Below, in pieces: positions 13,217 through 27,239 of a stretch of DNA of 64,000 nucleotides. Made by a program: the position numbers and the translations under genes. Each line of letters begins with the position of its first letter. The first letter of the stretch is position 1. The DNA comes from Marsupella aquatica (taxonomy: Eukaryota; Plantae; Marchantiophyta), in assembly GCA_973895155.1 (NCBI GenBank), contig OZ316898.1:8295079-8359078 (forward strand), read 5' to 3'. The notes beneath the pieces were generated by a model. The model saw only the letters and a program-made list of their open reading frames with translations. It did no database searches and was not told where the DNA came from.

Positions 13217-14906
13217 CTGCGTGTGTACTGTGTGGTACCCTCAAAAACAGAATCTAAGTTTTGGCGTAGTTAAGGAAGCATAACTACTTTCAAACGTGGA
13301 CATGGAGTAGTCCAAACATTGGAATCAGAATTATAAAAAGGAAAAAAGACTAGGACATGGAATTATGAAAAGGGGAAACGAGATCATGAAGATGTAACTT
13401 TCATGACTGCCACTGCTAAAAGAAATATCTATATATAAAATCTTTATATATATGTAAAGTTTGTGATATGATGAGTCCACTTTTGACTCGAATGAATGTT
13501 GTGATAGACCTATAAAATCAGGGGTACAACACTTGCACTCCCATTTTGTTGCTATAGACCACTAAAATCAGGAGTACAACACTTGCTTTCCCATTTCAAA
13601 ATTTTAAAATATTCAACAATCTGGGGTTTTAAAACAGCCCAAATAGAGGATGAAATCACCAACCAACCAACTCTCATGATTTCTTTCTTACCTACCTAGG
13701 CCAAGAATTGTCAAAATATACATTAAACTATATTTCAGGAGAAAAATCAAGCACATGATGTGATAATAATAATAATAGTGGAATCCACTAATCTTGTGAA
13801 CTTCCACTTCCATACAAACTGATGTCCCATGGAACTAGCCTGTGAACAATGCAAATGAGCAATGCAACCCCCATGAAATGTGACACCTTTTAGTGGTGGA
13901 CATAGCCACCGAGTGTCCTCACCAACTCCACACTCTAGCCTAAGTATTGTGAGTATCCGAGCGCAAACATGGAACTCCATGAGCAAGCAACCCGATGTCT
14001 CTATCACTGCTAGCAACAACTCCCATACAAAGAGCACGTCTGCACTCAACATGACCGTTGCTCAACGGCCCCTACTGTCTGCACAAGGAAACAACCCAAC
14101 TGGTAAGTAACCTGCTTCAATCTCGGATCCCAAGACTATTGCCTCAAGCTCAACACTTGTTAGTAAGTAAGTCAGCATATTATAGAGCCTCACCCTATTT
14201 GTTCCACTATTTGTTCAAAACAGTCCCTCTACCGGTGCCACGAAAGCTTCCCAGCCCATTTTCTATCCACCACTGGTTGACTGCCCTGCCTCCAAGACAT
14301 GCCCATGGCCCAAATAGCTAGCTTGTCCCAAGTGCCATAACCAGCTCGGTCCCAACTCTTGCTACCTACTCTACTGGTCCAGTTCAACTAGGATCTTGGG
14401 GCATGATGCACTCGAACCTCAACACCTAGGCCTACTCTGCAATGTCTCCCCAAGGCGAGCTCTTGTGGGAACCAAATGCGGATTGGCTGTTGTTTTTGAC
14501 AGGATCGACAAGCAAGCGAGATAGCCCTTACTAACCATGAAGACCAAAGTCACCCCCAGACCCAACTGATCTCAAGTGGAGGTAGTTCTCTTGTAGAGCT
14601 TTCTGAAGCGCCCAAGATGTCCTCCAACAAACTTTTCGTTAAGGAGATATTGTAGTTTCAATTTTATGTCTCCCCTTATTAGCACGACCACCACACTTCA
14701 CAACTTGGACTTGCCCCTGGCCCATTTGGCTACACCACTCCACTCTTATATGCTTTTGGTGGCCTGCCACCCCTGGACCAACTTTGGTTCCCTATTTTTG
14801 GCCCTGCACTAGGACTCCAACCAATTTGACTGGGCACAAAGCTAACTTTCTCGGCCCATAACTTTTTGGTCAGGTGTCTGTAGATGATGTACCTTAGCTC
14901 GATGTA

Positions 14907-15207
14907 GTGCTCACTTGGGGGGTTGACTATCAACAATCTTAGGAACCACGTGCGATCCAAAATAAGTATTTTTCATATAAATTAGCTAAATTTTAAAAAA
15001 GTGTAGGAAGCAAAAGAAGGTATTATAAACCTATATTTGTAGAATATTCTCTAATATATACCTTTTATAAAGTAAAATAGGCCATTAGTATTGAAAATAG
15101 AGAATATTTTTAGAATATTCCCATTATAAAATAGGTGTGTTTATATTAGGCTAGGATCGCACGTGGTACCCCAAAATATACACTAAGTTAACCCCCCGAG
15201 AGTGCTC
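14907..15207. mobile_element. MITE-like AT-rich element with nested inverted repeats (intact copy)
   Basis: Inner IR GGAACCACGTGCGATCC (14942-14958) / GGATCGCACGTGGTACC (15154-15170). Outer IR TTGGGGGGTTGACT / AGTTAACCCCCCGA. A second copy lies at ~32770-33015 + 34514-34560. Confidence 0.65.
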
Positions 15208-18200
15208 ATGCCTCAGCCCTCAAGACCCATTGTCCTTCACAGGTCCCATGCTGGTCCACCTGAGCCCTACCGATTCATTTGCGTTAAGTGTCCAATCCGC
15301 ATGAACTAAACTTCATTGTCGAGCTTCATTGTACTTAGGCCCAAGTGGAGCTCTCACTTAAGCACTCATACCCACAGTCTCTCCAGGGTTCCAGACGGTT
15401 CACCGTGGGCCCAACCCTTCTCATGCCCCAACCAGCTTCTGATGCCAGTCCGAGTCTCTTGTGCGCAACCCCAGCTCAGTGCATTGCCTTTGCTAGAGTA
15501 ACGTCTCCTTGCTCTCAAATCTCCTCATACTTAATCCCTTTTGGATAGCCATCCAGGGCGTCTGGACTGTAGAGACTGGAGCTAAATGGTAGAATAGTCA
15601 AGTTTTGCTACTATTTTACAGCTTCTTCACTCATTGACAACTTCTTGGTTTCAAATAGTTTACAACAGCAAATTTTGACCATTAATATCTCACTTGATAT
15701 CCAACTGCATTGACTCTTGTTGGGCTCATTTGGTGGCCCATACGAAGAGTAGTTGGAAATATTTTTCCAAGCACTCTAATATCTTTAGTTTTCATGAAGA
15801 ATTAAGAGAGTTATAAATGTCTAAATATTACTCCATCACTCACTATCAACACTCTTGGCTTCTGAAAGTTTTTGAGCAGCTAACTCTGACATTCAATATC
15901 TCACTTGATATCCAATGGAATTTGCTTCTTTTGTTAGCACGGCTTGGAAAAGTTTTTCAGAAGAGCCCAATATGGTTGAATCTCATTAAGCAATGAGAGA
16001 GCAGCAATGACAGGCTACAAATTTTTTAAAGCTATTTTTTCATTTTCTTGTCACATGTTATTCAACTCTGTAATATGCACTATACGTGCAGAAAAGAGGG
16101 TTTTTCTGCAGTCCATCCAGGTTGTGGAAGTATATCTGAGCATTTCTACAAACATGGAGTTCATTTGGGCTTCAATTTCACTTCCACACTTGGGCTAGAG
16201 TTTCCCTCTAAATGCATGCCTCCTTGGAGCTGAAAGCATGGGTCTATACCAATTAGTCTTCTCATTGAAGTCTTTGCACTACAAGGACAATGTTGTCAAC
16301 AGTTGAGCTCAACAAACATTCTGGCGCATCCATACATCACTTGTTACCTATAGTCAAATTACTCTTTGTCACCCTCCTATGTTGTTTACTCCTGATCGGA
16401 GCTGTACCAAGATTTTCAGTTTGCTGCTTAACAGGGTTTGAGGCTTTTGTTTACAGTCATGGAAGACTCTCTCCCTGGGGCTCTCAGGCTCTCAGGCTTT
16501 TTGGTCTTCCATTCTGTTGAGTCTCCTGCCTTCAGGATTGTGTCATCATGTCGAGCAGCTTTGTTTTTTGGCAGTGTGATATGTACCAAGCTTCTTCAAA
16601 CTCTACCTCCACTGGGAATTGAACCAGGTGCCCAGTCCTGACATGCTGCTACAGGACCAGCAACTACTCAAACTCAATTGAGGGAAATTGGCAATGTTCT
16701 CAAGTGAGGTGAGGCAATGAAGGAAATGAGGAATGAGGAAACAAAGGGTCCTTGAAACACCAGAGATATATGGCAAAGTGAAGTTTATTGTCCATTCTCC
16801 AACCTGTAGGCAAACCTGATGAAAAGAATCCTTTATATCTATAAAATGGCCAAATAGCAAAGGCGCCATACCCTTAGACAGGACCCCCAAAACAAGGCAA
16901 AAAACCCAGGATGACCATAGAGCCAAAAAACCCCAAGAGTCCCAGCACCAATGAATAAACTAAAGCCCTGCTGAGTAACAGAGAGGCCTGCTAGAGTTCC
17001 AGAGTGAACAGCATAGGAGGGTCATGAAGAGTAACTTTATTCCAGGCATAATCCTTTGTAGTAAATTAACAACCTGAAAAACCTGGTAGATATCCAGAGT
17101 AAACCCCTTACGAAGGTCACAAAGAGAAATCTGACTAGGGGCAGAGTCCTTTATTGGACATCTGACAGAAGGATTTTCCAAGCTTCCAAGCACTCAAGTT
17201 TCCAAGCTCTCAAGTCAGCAAAGAATTGATTCCAAGCTCTCGAGTTAGCAAGGAATTGAAACAGTGCTGGTGGAAGGCAGTCCAGCATAACGATGACACA
17301 CGCAAGCCTAGGCCACCATGCAAGCAACACAAACACACAATCATCGAATCTTCAAGTACTTTGATATATAGCACCGCTGCATGCAAAGTAATGTCAGCTC
17401 TGACTGAGTGACAAGAGATTCACATTGGAAATCGGAGCACAGAATCCAAAAAAACTAGATGAGACATCGAAAGACCTTAAACAGAATTTCTTCTCCATTC
17501 CCATGCTCGTCACAACATTGACACGGGACGATCACTACAGTACCTAGCTATCCGTCTACGTGCTACCGCAATTATCATTTTTAAAAGCAAACCCCTGTGT
17601 TCCATTGTAAGATCTGGACAAACAATCCCCACAAATCCCGAGAGAAAATGCAAAAAACCACTTCCACTATTCCCCACAAGCTCTCCCCCTTGCAATCAGT
17701 AGACTACACCATGAGAGCAGAACACTGTTCGATCATCACCATTCTCCTACGAAACATTTAGCGTAGGCCCGCAAGAGCCCCGCAAACTCCACGATAATTT
17801 TGTGCTGAGAGCATTGCGCAGAGTGTAACCCACCCGGCAACAAGAAAAGGAGCGCCCATAGTCAAGCTCTGCCGTCGCCACTGTCTGTGAAGAAAAGTTC
17901 ACTAATAAGAAAACCTTCTTAAGTGAAAGAAGAAAAAGAATATTATAAAAAGAGCAGTATTTTTCGTGGAAGCTTATTTCTCGTGGAAACCACAATTCCA
18001 GCCTATCATCATGCTAAGATCCACTCAATTCGAACACTGCGACCCTTAATTTGTGGAGATATTGGGTGGCCACTCAACGTGTTGTTCAGTCGGGATTTAT
18101 TTTGCTCAGCTCTATGCCTCGAAGTGAACACTTTATCACTGAGTAGTGTCCAAAAGTGCACTCTCGAAGAGACAAGGACAGCCAGAGAAGGATGGAAAGA

Positions 18201-20025
18201 CGCATCGACCCATTGCTCTTTTGCTTTACTTCAAGATACCGTCAGCAAAATCCAAAAATCCAAAAAGTCATGGATAGCCCCCCTTTTAAAAAATTGCCTA
18301 TAGGGCCTGGAGTGAAGTTCTGTAGCTACGTCTGGAAGTTTGCAGTTTCTAGTAGGCACAATCATGGCTCTGCGGACTAGCAGTGCTTTCTATCCTATCG
18401 TCGATCTAACAGTATAGGTAGGCAGATAAAAGTCCCCTGTGGTGAGCTGAATCCCGTCCAATGCCAACCTTCTCTCTTTTTTGCCTCGAGAGATTCAGCT
18501 TAATGAATTTCCTAGTTTTCAATCTTGTTCACTCGAATTGAATAGTGAGAAACACCATCAACAAGAGTTTTCGAGAAACACCATCAACAAGATCCAGCTC
18601 AAGGATTTCGAGAATTTTGTTGATGGATGATGTTGAAGAATTTCCAGATTCAAGAAATCTGTCTCTTAATTTCTACACCATTAAAGCGGTGTGGAGATCA
18701 ATCATCGACGCAGATACAGGAAATCTTGTCGCTTAACTTCTAGATTATCAAAGTGGCCTGGATGATGCGATTATCCATCAACAAGATTCCGGGTGAATGT
18801 TTCCATTGGATCACTTATTCACCATCGCCTAGTTTTGCTAATCAGCACAATCGAATTCGAATTCGGATTCGGATTCGGTTGTGAGATGCCATTTCTAATG
18901 TTCTCCCAATTCTTAGTGTACCACACACTCGCAGGCCTGTTACGGTTGCCTCGAATCCAAATCTAAATTGGCTCGTTGTTGCTGAATGCGTTTCTCGTCA
19001 ATTTTCTTGATTACCACGTGTGATTCAGAGCTCCAACCAAAATAGTTTCCTGGGTGCTGCAAGTCATTCTATTCAGCTTCTATTGGTGGCTCATCTGGTT
19101 CACCCGGGACTTGAGCCAAAGGGTACAGTTCTCCAATTCAAGTAAACAAGACGATACTCGCGGGAGACCACTGTGGAATAGTTTTTATTGTGCTATAGTC
19201 TGCACAATTACCTGATCAGTTTGAAAGCCTCAAATTTACAATGATGAAAGGCAAACATCAAAATCAGGACTCAGTACGACATATCCCTGAAGGTTTCCCC
19301 ATATTAGGGGTCGACAAAGTCGTGATGTAACATTCTTTGAATCATGGCATTCTTGATTGAATCAAGCGATAGAACAAACATTCACATAGGAGGAAGATAG
19401 TCTCCAGCTTCGGGAACAAATTTCCATTGATTACACACGAATTTAGCTACCCTTGAAACCAAAAGGGCCGCGTGCTGCACAAGGTGAGAATATAATACTC
19501 CTGACGGGTCTGCAAGCAGTGGTCTCGACTTGCAGCGATACTTCTTCTCTTCTACTTCAAGGCATACAGGACAAGGAAGCTGTAATATTCATGCTCTGTG
19601 ACTATTCAAATCTGAAAGAAACAAGAACCTTGGTTCTTAGTATACAAATAATTGGGTACTTTACGAGGGAGGAAGCTGCACTGTTCATAAGTTCTGGCAA
19701 ACTCTCCATCACGATGTCAGCAAGAATTTACCGGTCTGACAAACAGAACATCCACCCGTCATGGTAAGTGTGATGGGTGGAATCTGCATAGTAGTCTTTG
19801 AACCAGTGTCTTCTCTAAGACATCGTGAATGCTCCGGTTAGAATACAACGAAACAAATCAAAACTTTGACGACATGTACGCACAGACCATCCACCAATTA
19901 AGCAACTATGTGCGCTTTCCGAAAGTTATTGTACACAAAGGGAAGCAGCTGCACCTCCCCACCTCCCTCACAGCTTCCAACTCCATGAAAACTCTAAAGG
20001 TTCCAGAATTTTATCTGCACAAGAT

Positions 20026-23000
20026 TCATCCAGTCGAAATGCACTGGAGGCCTTTGGTATGAGTTGGAGTTGTGAACATGCATGGTTCACCTTTGTTGGC
20101 TTGGCTTGCGACCGCCTCTCTCAGTTGACAGAGTAGCTTGTCTACTTCGATGACCTCCGTCAACTCCATCTCTTTCAACTTGGAAGATGCAAGAAGTGCA
20201 GAGAGCACGTGACACGTTCGCATGTCCTCTCTCTCCAGCATTGCTTTGACTTCATTAACCGGTCCCTTCCCTGGATCCTCAGTGGATTCCCGTGCCTTCG
20301 ATGGCAACGGATTAGCTTCGACGTCAGGTTGGCTCTGTGACTGCAGTCCACCTCCGCCGAACTTCGCAGGATGCAGTGCCTTTTGAGCATCCGATTCAAG
20401 ACCCACGCATATGTCGTTAGAAGGAGTTTTAAAATCAGTACGACAACTTGGCACGTCGTTGTCTGTGCTTCCTTCAGAAGAAACTTTGGGATTCGAGATT
20501 CGCTCCTGTTGGGAGTTCTCGAGAAAACATGCTCGGCTGTTCCCATCTTTGTCTTCAAGAAAACTACAACTCGGTTGATATGGCGGCCCTTCACTTTGCA
20601 AGCACACAACAATCAGTGGAGGCTCTTTTACTTCCATACTGGAACATCCATTGTCGATATCTTCCCTATTGGTATGGGAGGAAGGTACACCTTGTGTAGA
20701 ATCAGACTTCGACGGGTTGCTTGCACCTTGTGTGTGTACATCTTCTCCTTCACTTCCTGACCTTTCTCCAATTCTGGACTGTGAAAGATTAGCGTCCGAA
20801 CTGTTTTCTTGGGACGGCACACGTTTAGGAGCTTGACACTTTCGAGGATTGTGGCTGTTGGCCCGGGTAGATCTGCAGGCTTGGACTAGGTCCAGTGCAG
20901 AACTGTCGTCTGCAATCCTGGTAGCAGCATTAAAAGTATTGGCTAACAACCCGCGGTTCAGATTACGCACTTGAAAGGGAGAATTCTCCTTTAATTTGGA
21001 AGTAAGTCTCAGGTTTGTCGTAGGCTGGGGAGCTGGCTCCTCTATGGTTTTCTCTTTGCAGTCAGTCACTATGGAAGGAGAATTCTCTTGAACGTGAGAT
21101 GAAGAATTTACCAGCGTTCGGTCTGAACGAAGACGCATCCTCTTCAAACTTAGCTTGTTACAGGCTTGCATGTGCATACCCCATGACTCAGCCGGATGAG
21201 TGTCAGCGACTTCCCTTTCTACATCTGAGGCTGGTGGCGTCCCAACCTTTGACTGGGGGTTGCTGCATATTTGTGTCCTTTTGGCCGCAAGTTTCCTGAT
21301 CCCAAGACGTGCTGTGATCACTTTCCCTAGCTCCGAGTTAATTCTCCAGTTCTTCCCACCCCTTAATTTCCCACTACTCCGTAAGTTTACAGTAAGCATA
21401 CTCACTGTTCTCTTGGAATGTCTGGGCTTCTTCCTCTGGCTGTGAGGAATGACTACATACTCCACTTCCTCGCTGTCGTCCTGAAACTTCAGCTTCTTTC
21501 TCCTTCCAGGCAGATTTGAGAGCGCCTGAGTTTGCCTGCTCCCATCAGCAGCAACCCCAGAAACTCGGAGGACTCCTGCATTTACGTTGCCTTGAGGACG
21601 TTCGGCTCCCACAACTATCTTGGGCGGGGCAGATGGAATATCGTTTGATGCAATAGGAGGGGTTACTAAAGCCACTAGACCTATGCCATTGACATTATTT
21701 GCTGCTTTATTTCCAATCATCACCTCTCCGGTTTGGGCATTCTCATTTTCACCACATAATGTGAGTTCACTTTCCTTGCAACTGAGCTGAACCCCCAGAG
21801 CAGCAGGTCTGGACGAGCCCTGAAATAATCTTGTAACCTCCAACACACTGGGAAGCTCAACTGCTTGACTATCTTCTGAGCATCCTTGCCTGCCTTTGTT
21901 CGAGGTAGACAAGTCTATTGGAAGTGAATCTGCACCGGACTTGTCAGACTGACCAGGGGTGTTCGTAGGAATCTCTTCTAAATTTAATTCTGAGACAGAG
22001 TCCATATTCACGAGTTCATCAATGAGAGCATTTCCTTCTGGAGTTGGCAAAAACGCGCTCTGTTGTTCCAGGTTTGTAAAACTTGCACCGTTGACTGAAC
22101 GTTGGAGCTCAGTTGTCTCTTCTTCAGTGTTAACCACCGCACTACCTGATGCCTGATTCAGGAGGACAGTCAGATTGCCTGCGTGCTGCTCAAGCTCCAG
22201 TACACGTAACTGTTCAGCGTGGCCAATTTTTGTTTTCTCAACCACCCCAAAGCCCCTCTGATTGTCCTCCCTGGTCAACCCACCCTTCTCACCTGCACTA
22301 CTCTTGAACTCAGCTAGCTCCTTAAGGTGCCTGGCCATAGAAGGACGTGGACGATAAAAGCGTTGGGGAGCATCATGACCGTGCATCTCCTTGGCTGCAA
22401 TATGTCTCCTCGTCCAGCCCGGCAGGGATATGTTAACTTTCTGCTTCAGAATGTTGAAAACTTTTACCAGAGCAGGTGGGTAGTTCAGACTAGCAGCCTT
22501 GATTCCATACGTCGCCTCCCAGAATGCCAGAGTTTGATTGGAAATCGCATCATAAGGGTGCAGAAAAGCTGGAGCCAGAGCAGACCCTTGAGCAAGGAGA
22601 AGGTTCGAGTCAAACACCAAACTAGGACGACAAGTCTGAAGACAAAACAGTAGTCCATCCCATGCCCGGGACAGACCCTCCAGCACAGAGCTTGGGAGAA
22701 GTCTGGCTTGACGAGTTCCATCGGCTCTGGATCGTGGTGCTTCAGAATTTACAGTAAACCAGTATGACAGCGGTTGCGCTAGAGCCTGCAGGGAAAAAGG
22801 AGATATGTAAGTGCCTCACCCTTCTCACAATCCTCTTCCGATCCTCTCTACAGACTTTGTCCACATTGACGCTTCGACTGAACATAAGATCGAGCCTTAT
22901 ACTTTCGACTGTAATTTTAAGCACTAGATGCAGATGGTACGCTAATTTGAAGAACACCTGCAGAAGTAAAACGGAGTCGTTTTGAGACGTGATGTGCTGC

Positions 23001-26000
23001 ATAATGCTTGTTAAGGCTCCCAATACTCTGCAAGGTTGAAATAAGCAAAGCCATTCTCAGGTTAGGTCGGAATATTTCAGATGCTCTCAATTGACAAGAA
23101 CGAGAGAACCAATTGCTGTGACTAGGACTCTGGGACAATCTACAGCCTTTTATTACTCCCGCTCGGAAATGTAGCAAGGACGAATATGAAAATGCAGTTC
23201 ATAGAACAGTAAATGAAGAATTGTGGGTCAGCCCGTAGAACTTATTTCCCCATAGGTAAGGCACTTGCACGACGGGCATCAATAATGTGGAAGGAAATTG
23301 GATAATAAATAACCTGACAACGGATTCGCGCATGGAGGACTGCACTTTATCGCGCCTGTACTTTTCATATGAGAGGGTCAGAAGCCTGCATTGACAAAAT
23401 ATGGCACGTCCGTAAGAGCGAAGCAAAGGAAGTCCCAATCAAATAATCAAAATATGGTGATGGTAAACAAGCATCCTAAACTCAAGATCGATCAGCTTTT
23501 GCCCTTACCTGCTAGCAACAGTAAGAAGGGCTTTCAAGTTGTTGGCGTCTTCTAGTTCCATGCCTGCGATACACTGCACACGAACTGACGAGGCTCCAAA
23601 TCCAGTTTTTCTCCTCTTTCTGCTGATAGCAAGCATCGCAAGATTTGATATTTCAGCTTGTTTCATGGCATGGGCGACAATATCTCCCAGAAATCTCAAG
23701 CAAGGACCAGAAAGTTTCGAAGAGTCAAACTTCAATCTTTCCCTCCCTCCAGGTGACCACTGGGCCTGCTCCTGCAATGGAGATCTCATGTTGATTACCC
23801 TGTGGAAAAATCCACCGATGAACGAGTTTGGTTGTGGACTTTTCAAAGATGAGATACGCAGCACAGAGTCAAATAGCTTGAACCAACCACACTCATTTTT
23901 CTGTAGCTCAGCTTCAAAACTTTCACATTGAGTTCGCTCAGGCCTCTGTGAAGAATTCCCACGCACTCCACCTTTTGGTGATTGGTCGACTCCTGCAGGG
24001 AGTAATAGGAAACACTTGATAGGAAATAGCAATATATCCGATAAGACTTGATGACCATGACCAGAATCACGATGGCAGCCTCCTACATCATTGGACCTCT
24101 CCACTAGCTCTCTAAGTTTCTCTGCAATTATTCTCCAGACTGCCATAAGTAAGTGCCAGTTTTTGCTTGTTAAAAGCTCACACTTGGTGTTTCCTAGAGA
24201 TGCCGCCTTCATCTCAGGACTCTCTTCAGGGCGCAGATAACTCTCTTTCGCAAGGTGGTCCAATATCCAGACGAATCCAAGATAGTTCCCCATGACATCA
24301 AATCCAGCACGACCAGTGGTGATCAGCTTTTCGACCGGTTGCATCCAAGTACTTTCACTCTGCCCCCCAGAAGATGATTCAAAGACCAGCTTGAACCATG
24401 CAGCAGAAATGTATACAACTGGAGTCACCATGTCCGGAAGGGAAGAATCTGCATATTGACAACCATCTCTGTAGGTTTCGTGCATGAATGCCCCGTTTTC
24501 TGCAAACTGGAGACGTATTCTATAAAATGAAGAGGCTATGACATTGTGGCCTAAGCCGTCAATCAGTGTCTCAACGAGTACCCAGGCCTCAGGTAGTAAC
24601 TTTTCCGACTTAAGTTCCTCGCACACACTTGACAAGAAATTAAGAAGCAGATGCACGGCAGTGACATGATCAGTGGAAGGTCTAATTGTGTTCCTTCCCT
24701 CGGCCTCTACACCCTTGACTAGCAGGATCCAGGATACTCGTGCTGCCTCCAAATTATCAATCAAATAAGTTGGTTGACCATCCTCAGATATCACCTCATG
24801 ACGTTGCTGTAGACCACGTTTCCAGAGCAGGTGTATCAAATCTACAAACGAGTCAAGGCGATCCAAATGCCAAGGACTCCAGCAAATGTTCCTAGCGTAT
24901 GACTCGGAAAGAACCCCCGTATACGTGATGCCTGCAGGTGTCTTTGGGGATTGATTTGGCCCTTTGGAAAGAAGTGTTTCATGCAATGTCTTACGAACAA
25001 TGGCATCTGTAAGCACATCCACGCATATTTGCCAAACAAACCCATCTATGCTCTTCTTGTCAGGTTTGAACACGATTTCGAGCATTGGCAACACGGCAGC
25101 GTCAAAAATGGGCTTTTCGTTCACTGACTGACCAAGCTTGCACAACAGATATATCCAGGTGCAGCAACAACGACGTTGAACCATCGTGTCCTCATCGAAG
25201 CTCATGGTGTTCACAAGGGGAATCAAGAGCAGCTTGAGGCGTTTCAGGGACAGAGGCACTCCCGTGGATGGGTTGGCCACTGCATCTGGACTCCTATTTG
25301 CTCCAGTCTCACCTGGGGAGGGCACAAAGACGTCGATAACAGATACCCACGCAACCTGCAAATACAGAGCACCAAAAATCGAGTCCGATGCCTTCCAAAA
25401 ATTCTCGGACATAATACGAAACCAAAGAAAAGTAGGACACTCTTCTATTCCTATCTTGCGAAGGAGACTCCGTGGGCTAACTAACATCCTGAATGCTAGA
25501 AGCGGGTAACAGTACGAGGAGATTGAGATATACCAGGGAAGCAGAACGCACTTGTGTGCTAGGATGTACGAAGGGCGTCTCCAGAAGTTTGAGCATCACA
25601 TTTATCAAAGACTTCTCCTCAGATGATTTCACTCCAAGCAGTTTGATCAACCATCCCCATGCTTGTATAGCTATGCATAGAGAAGGTCCATCTAATTTGA
25701 TCATTTCGTCCATTTTGGGCAGCAGTCTTTCTTGTATGTCCACCGCCACCACCTTCATGTAGATATGCAGACTCAGACCCGTTACAAAACTGAGAATGAA
25801 CGAGTAGTTATCGAAAAAGAGGTGCCTCAGGAAAAGAAATGGTATACTGAATATCCAAAATATCAGCAGTGACTACGAGGTATGGCTTATAAACTAGGAA
25901 CCTCGGACATATCCACTGCGAAGATCCGAGTTCTTACCTCCGAGAGCCGAGGAAGGGGAGGAAGAAGCACGGATTTTGTCTCGGAAAGACAGCTCTCTGC

Positions 26001-27239
26001 TAATTCCACAATTTTCGTGTTACTGTTTAACAACTTCTGATATACTGGTGGTGCCCATGTCCACGAGAGATTCCGCATCTCATCGGGCAGTTGTTTGGCC
26101 AATCGTATTACAGCCTGGATGTACACGATTGACGTTTATTCTCAGAAATGGCATGAACATTAGCTGAACTAGCGAAGATGAAGGTTGTCGAAAAGAAAAC
26201 GATGGCCAGAAATACCCAGTTGAGTAGAGATCCAAGACAGCGTGTCAAGACGCTTGAAACAACATCTCCGTTACTACTTGAAGGGCTACTCTAGAGTCGA
26301 GAGCTACGAGGACAAATCAATCACGGCAAGAGATTTCGGACGTCCAGGAAGAAAATGCGCCTTCAACGCCATCCCTGACTAGAGCATAGACAGACCGTAG
26401 AAACGAGGAAGAGAGAACACAAAATCCCAGGAAGAAAGTTATAAACAAGAGAAGCTGTCATGCCTGAAAAGCTTCGTAAGTGATGGCTATCGATGCCGAG
26501 GGGTTATCGATGCCATGCATCAACACATCCACGATCATCTTCAGATGCGATGAGACGTGGGATGTCGTCATCTCTTGCATTGCCAGACACTATCCCAGAC
26601 TTTAAACGCCTGCAACATGACAAACAGCTACTTTAGGATAACTACAGTACCAATCAGTACTTCATAAAAATGGGAGGAGGAGCCCATCCTTCAATACAAA
26701 CTTGGGAAAAGTTTGAAAGTTCATCGGATCTAAGAACAAAGAACTCAACTGTAATCAATGCAAGTCGAGGCAAGGTGAGTGCCAATCCAAGGTGAGTGCC
26801 AACCCAAGGGGAGTAGCTTGTTGCTAGTAGCGGTAATGAGAGCTAAACGAGCGAGCAGAAATTTGCAAGCCTCATCATCTGCATAAAGCAATTCAAGTAT
26901 ATGTGACTGAGGTGAGCGCTGATTGCTTCCCATCACCACATCGCTTACACTGGACCAATTAGGCAGCTGTCTGGAAAATTTGTCAGAACGTAAGAAGAGA
27001 GACTTAGACAGCGTTTTCCGTGTCTTGGCACCGGGGCATGTTTTGGTACATCTTTACGAGCCAAGTTATGCAACACGATGCAGATCAACGCAAGCCATGT
27101 GACACGTTTGAGCTTTCCTCAAACATTGCTCAAACCCAAGAAGACGATGGAGGGCATTACAACCCCTTACCAGGTAGCATGGCCACAAACCTCTTCCGAT
27201 GTAAAATGAAGCCCAAAGACCCTCAATGCTGCCGATGAG
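20026..27239 (-). CDS. RIF1: Telomere-associated/replication-timing protein RIF1 homolog (multi-exon; 5' exons lesioned in this sequence)
   Basis: Phase-consistent GT-AG exons at 26114-25938, 25752-25534, 25355-23509, 23385-23314, 23027-22958 and 22785-20026. An alternative end is possible: donor after 20091 spliced to 19611-19589 (DLNSHRA*). Peptides IQAWGWLIKLLG, LINVMLKLLETPFVHPSTQVRSASLVAW, LSLKRLKLLLIPL and LVFDSNLLLAQ...HPYDAISNQTLAFWEATYG...LNYP resemble the plant Rif1 N-terminal HEAT-like region as I recall it. Upstream exons 27239-27171, 26878-26817 and 26609-26464 are recognisable (LGFILH, LALITATSNK, HGIDNPSASIAITYEAFQ) but disrupted. Exon 1 is not resolved. Confidence 0.85.

Noticed and set aside
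16600-16660. tRNA-like GGTTCAATTCCC on the minus strand
   Set aside because: It is an isolated B-box with no cloverleaf, at most a SINE remnant.
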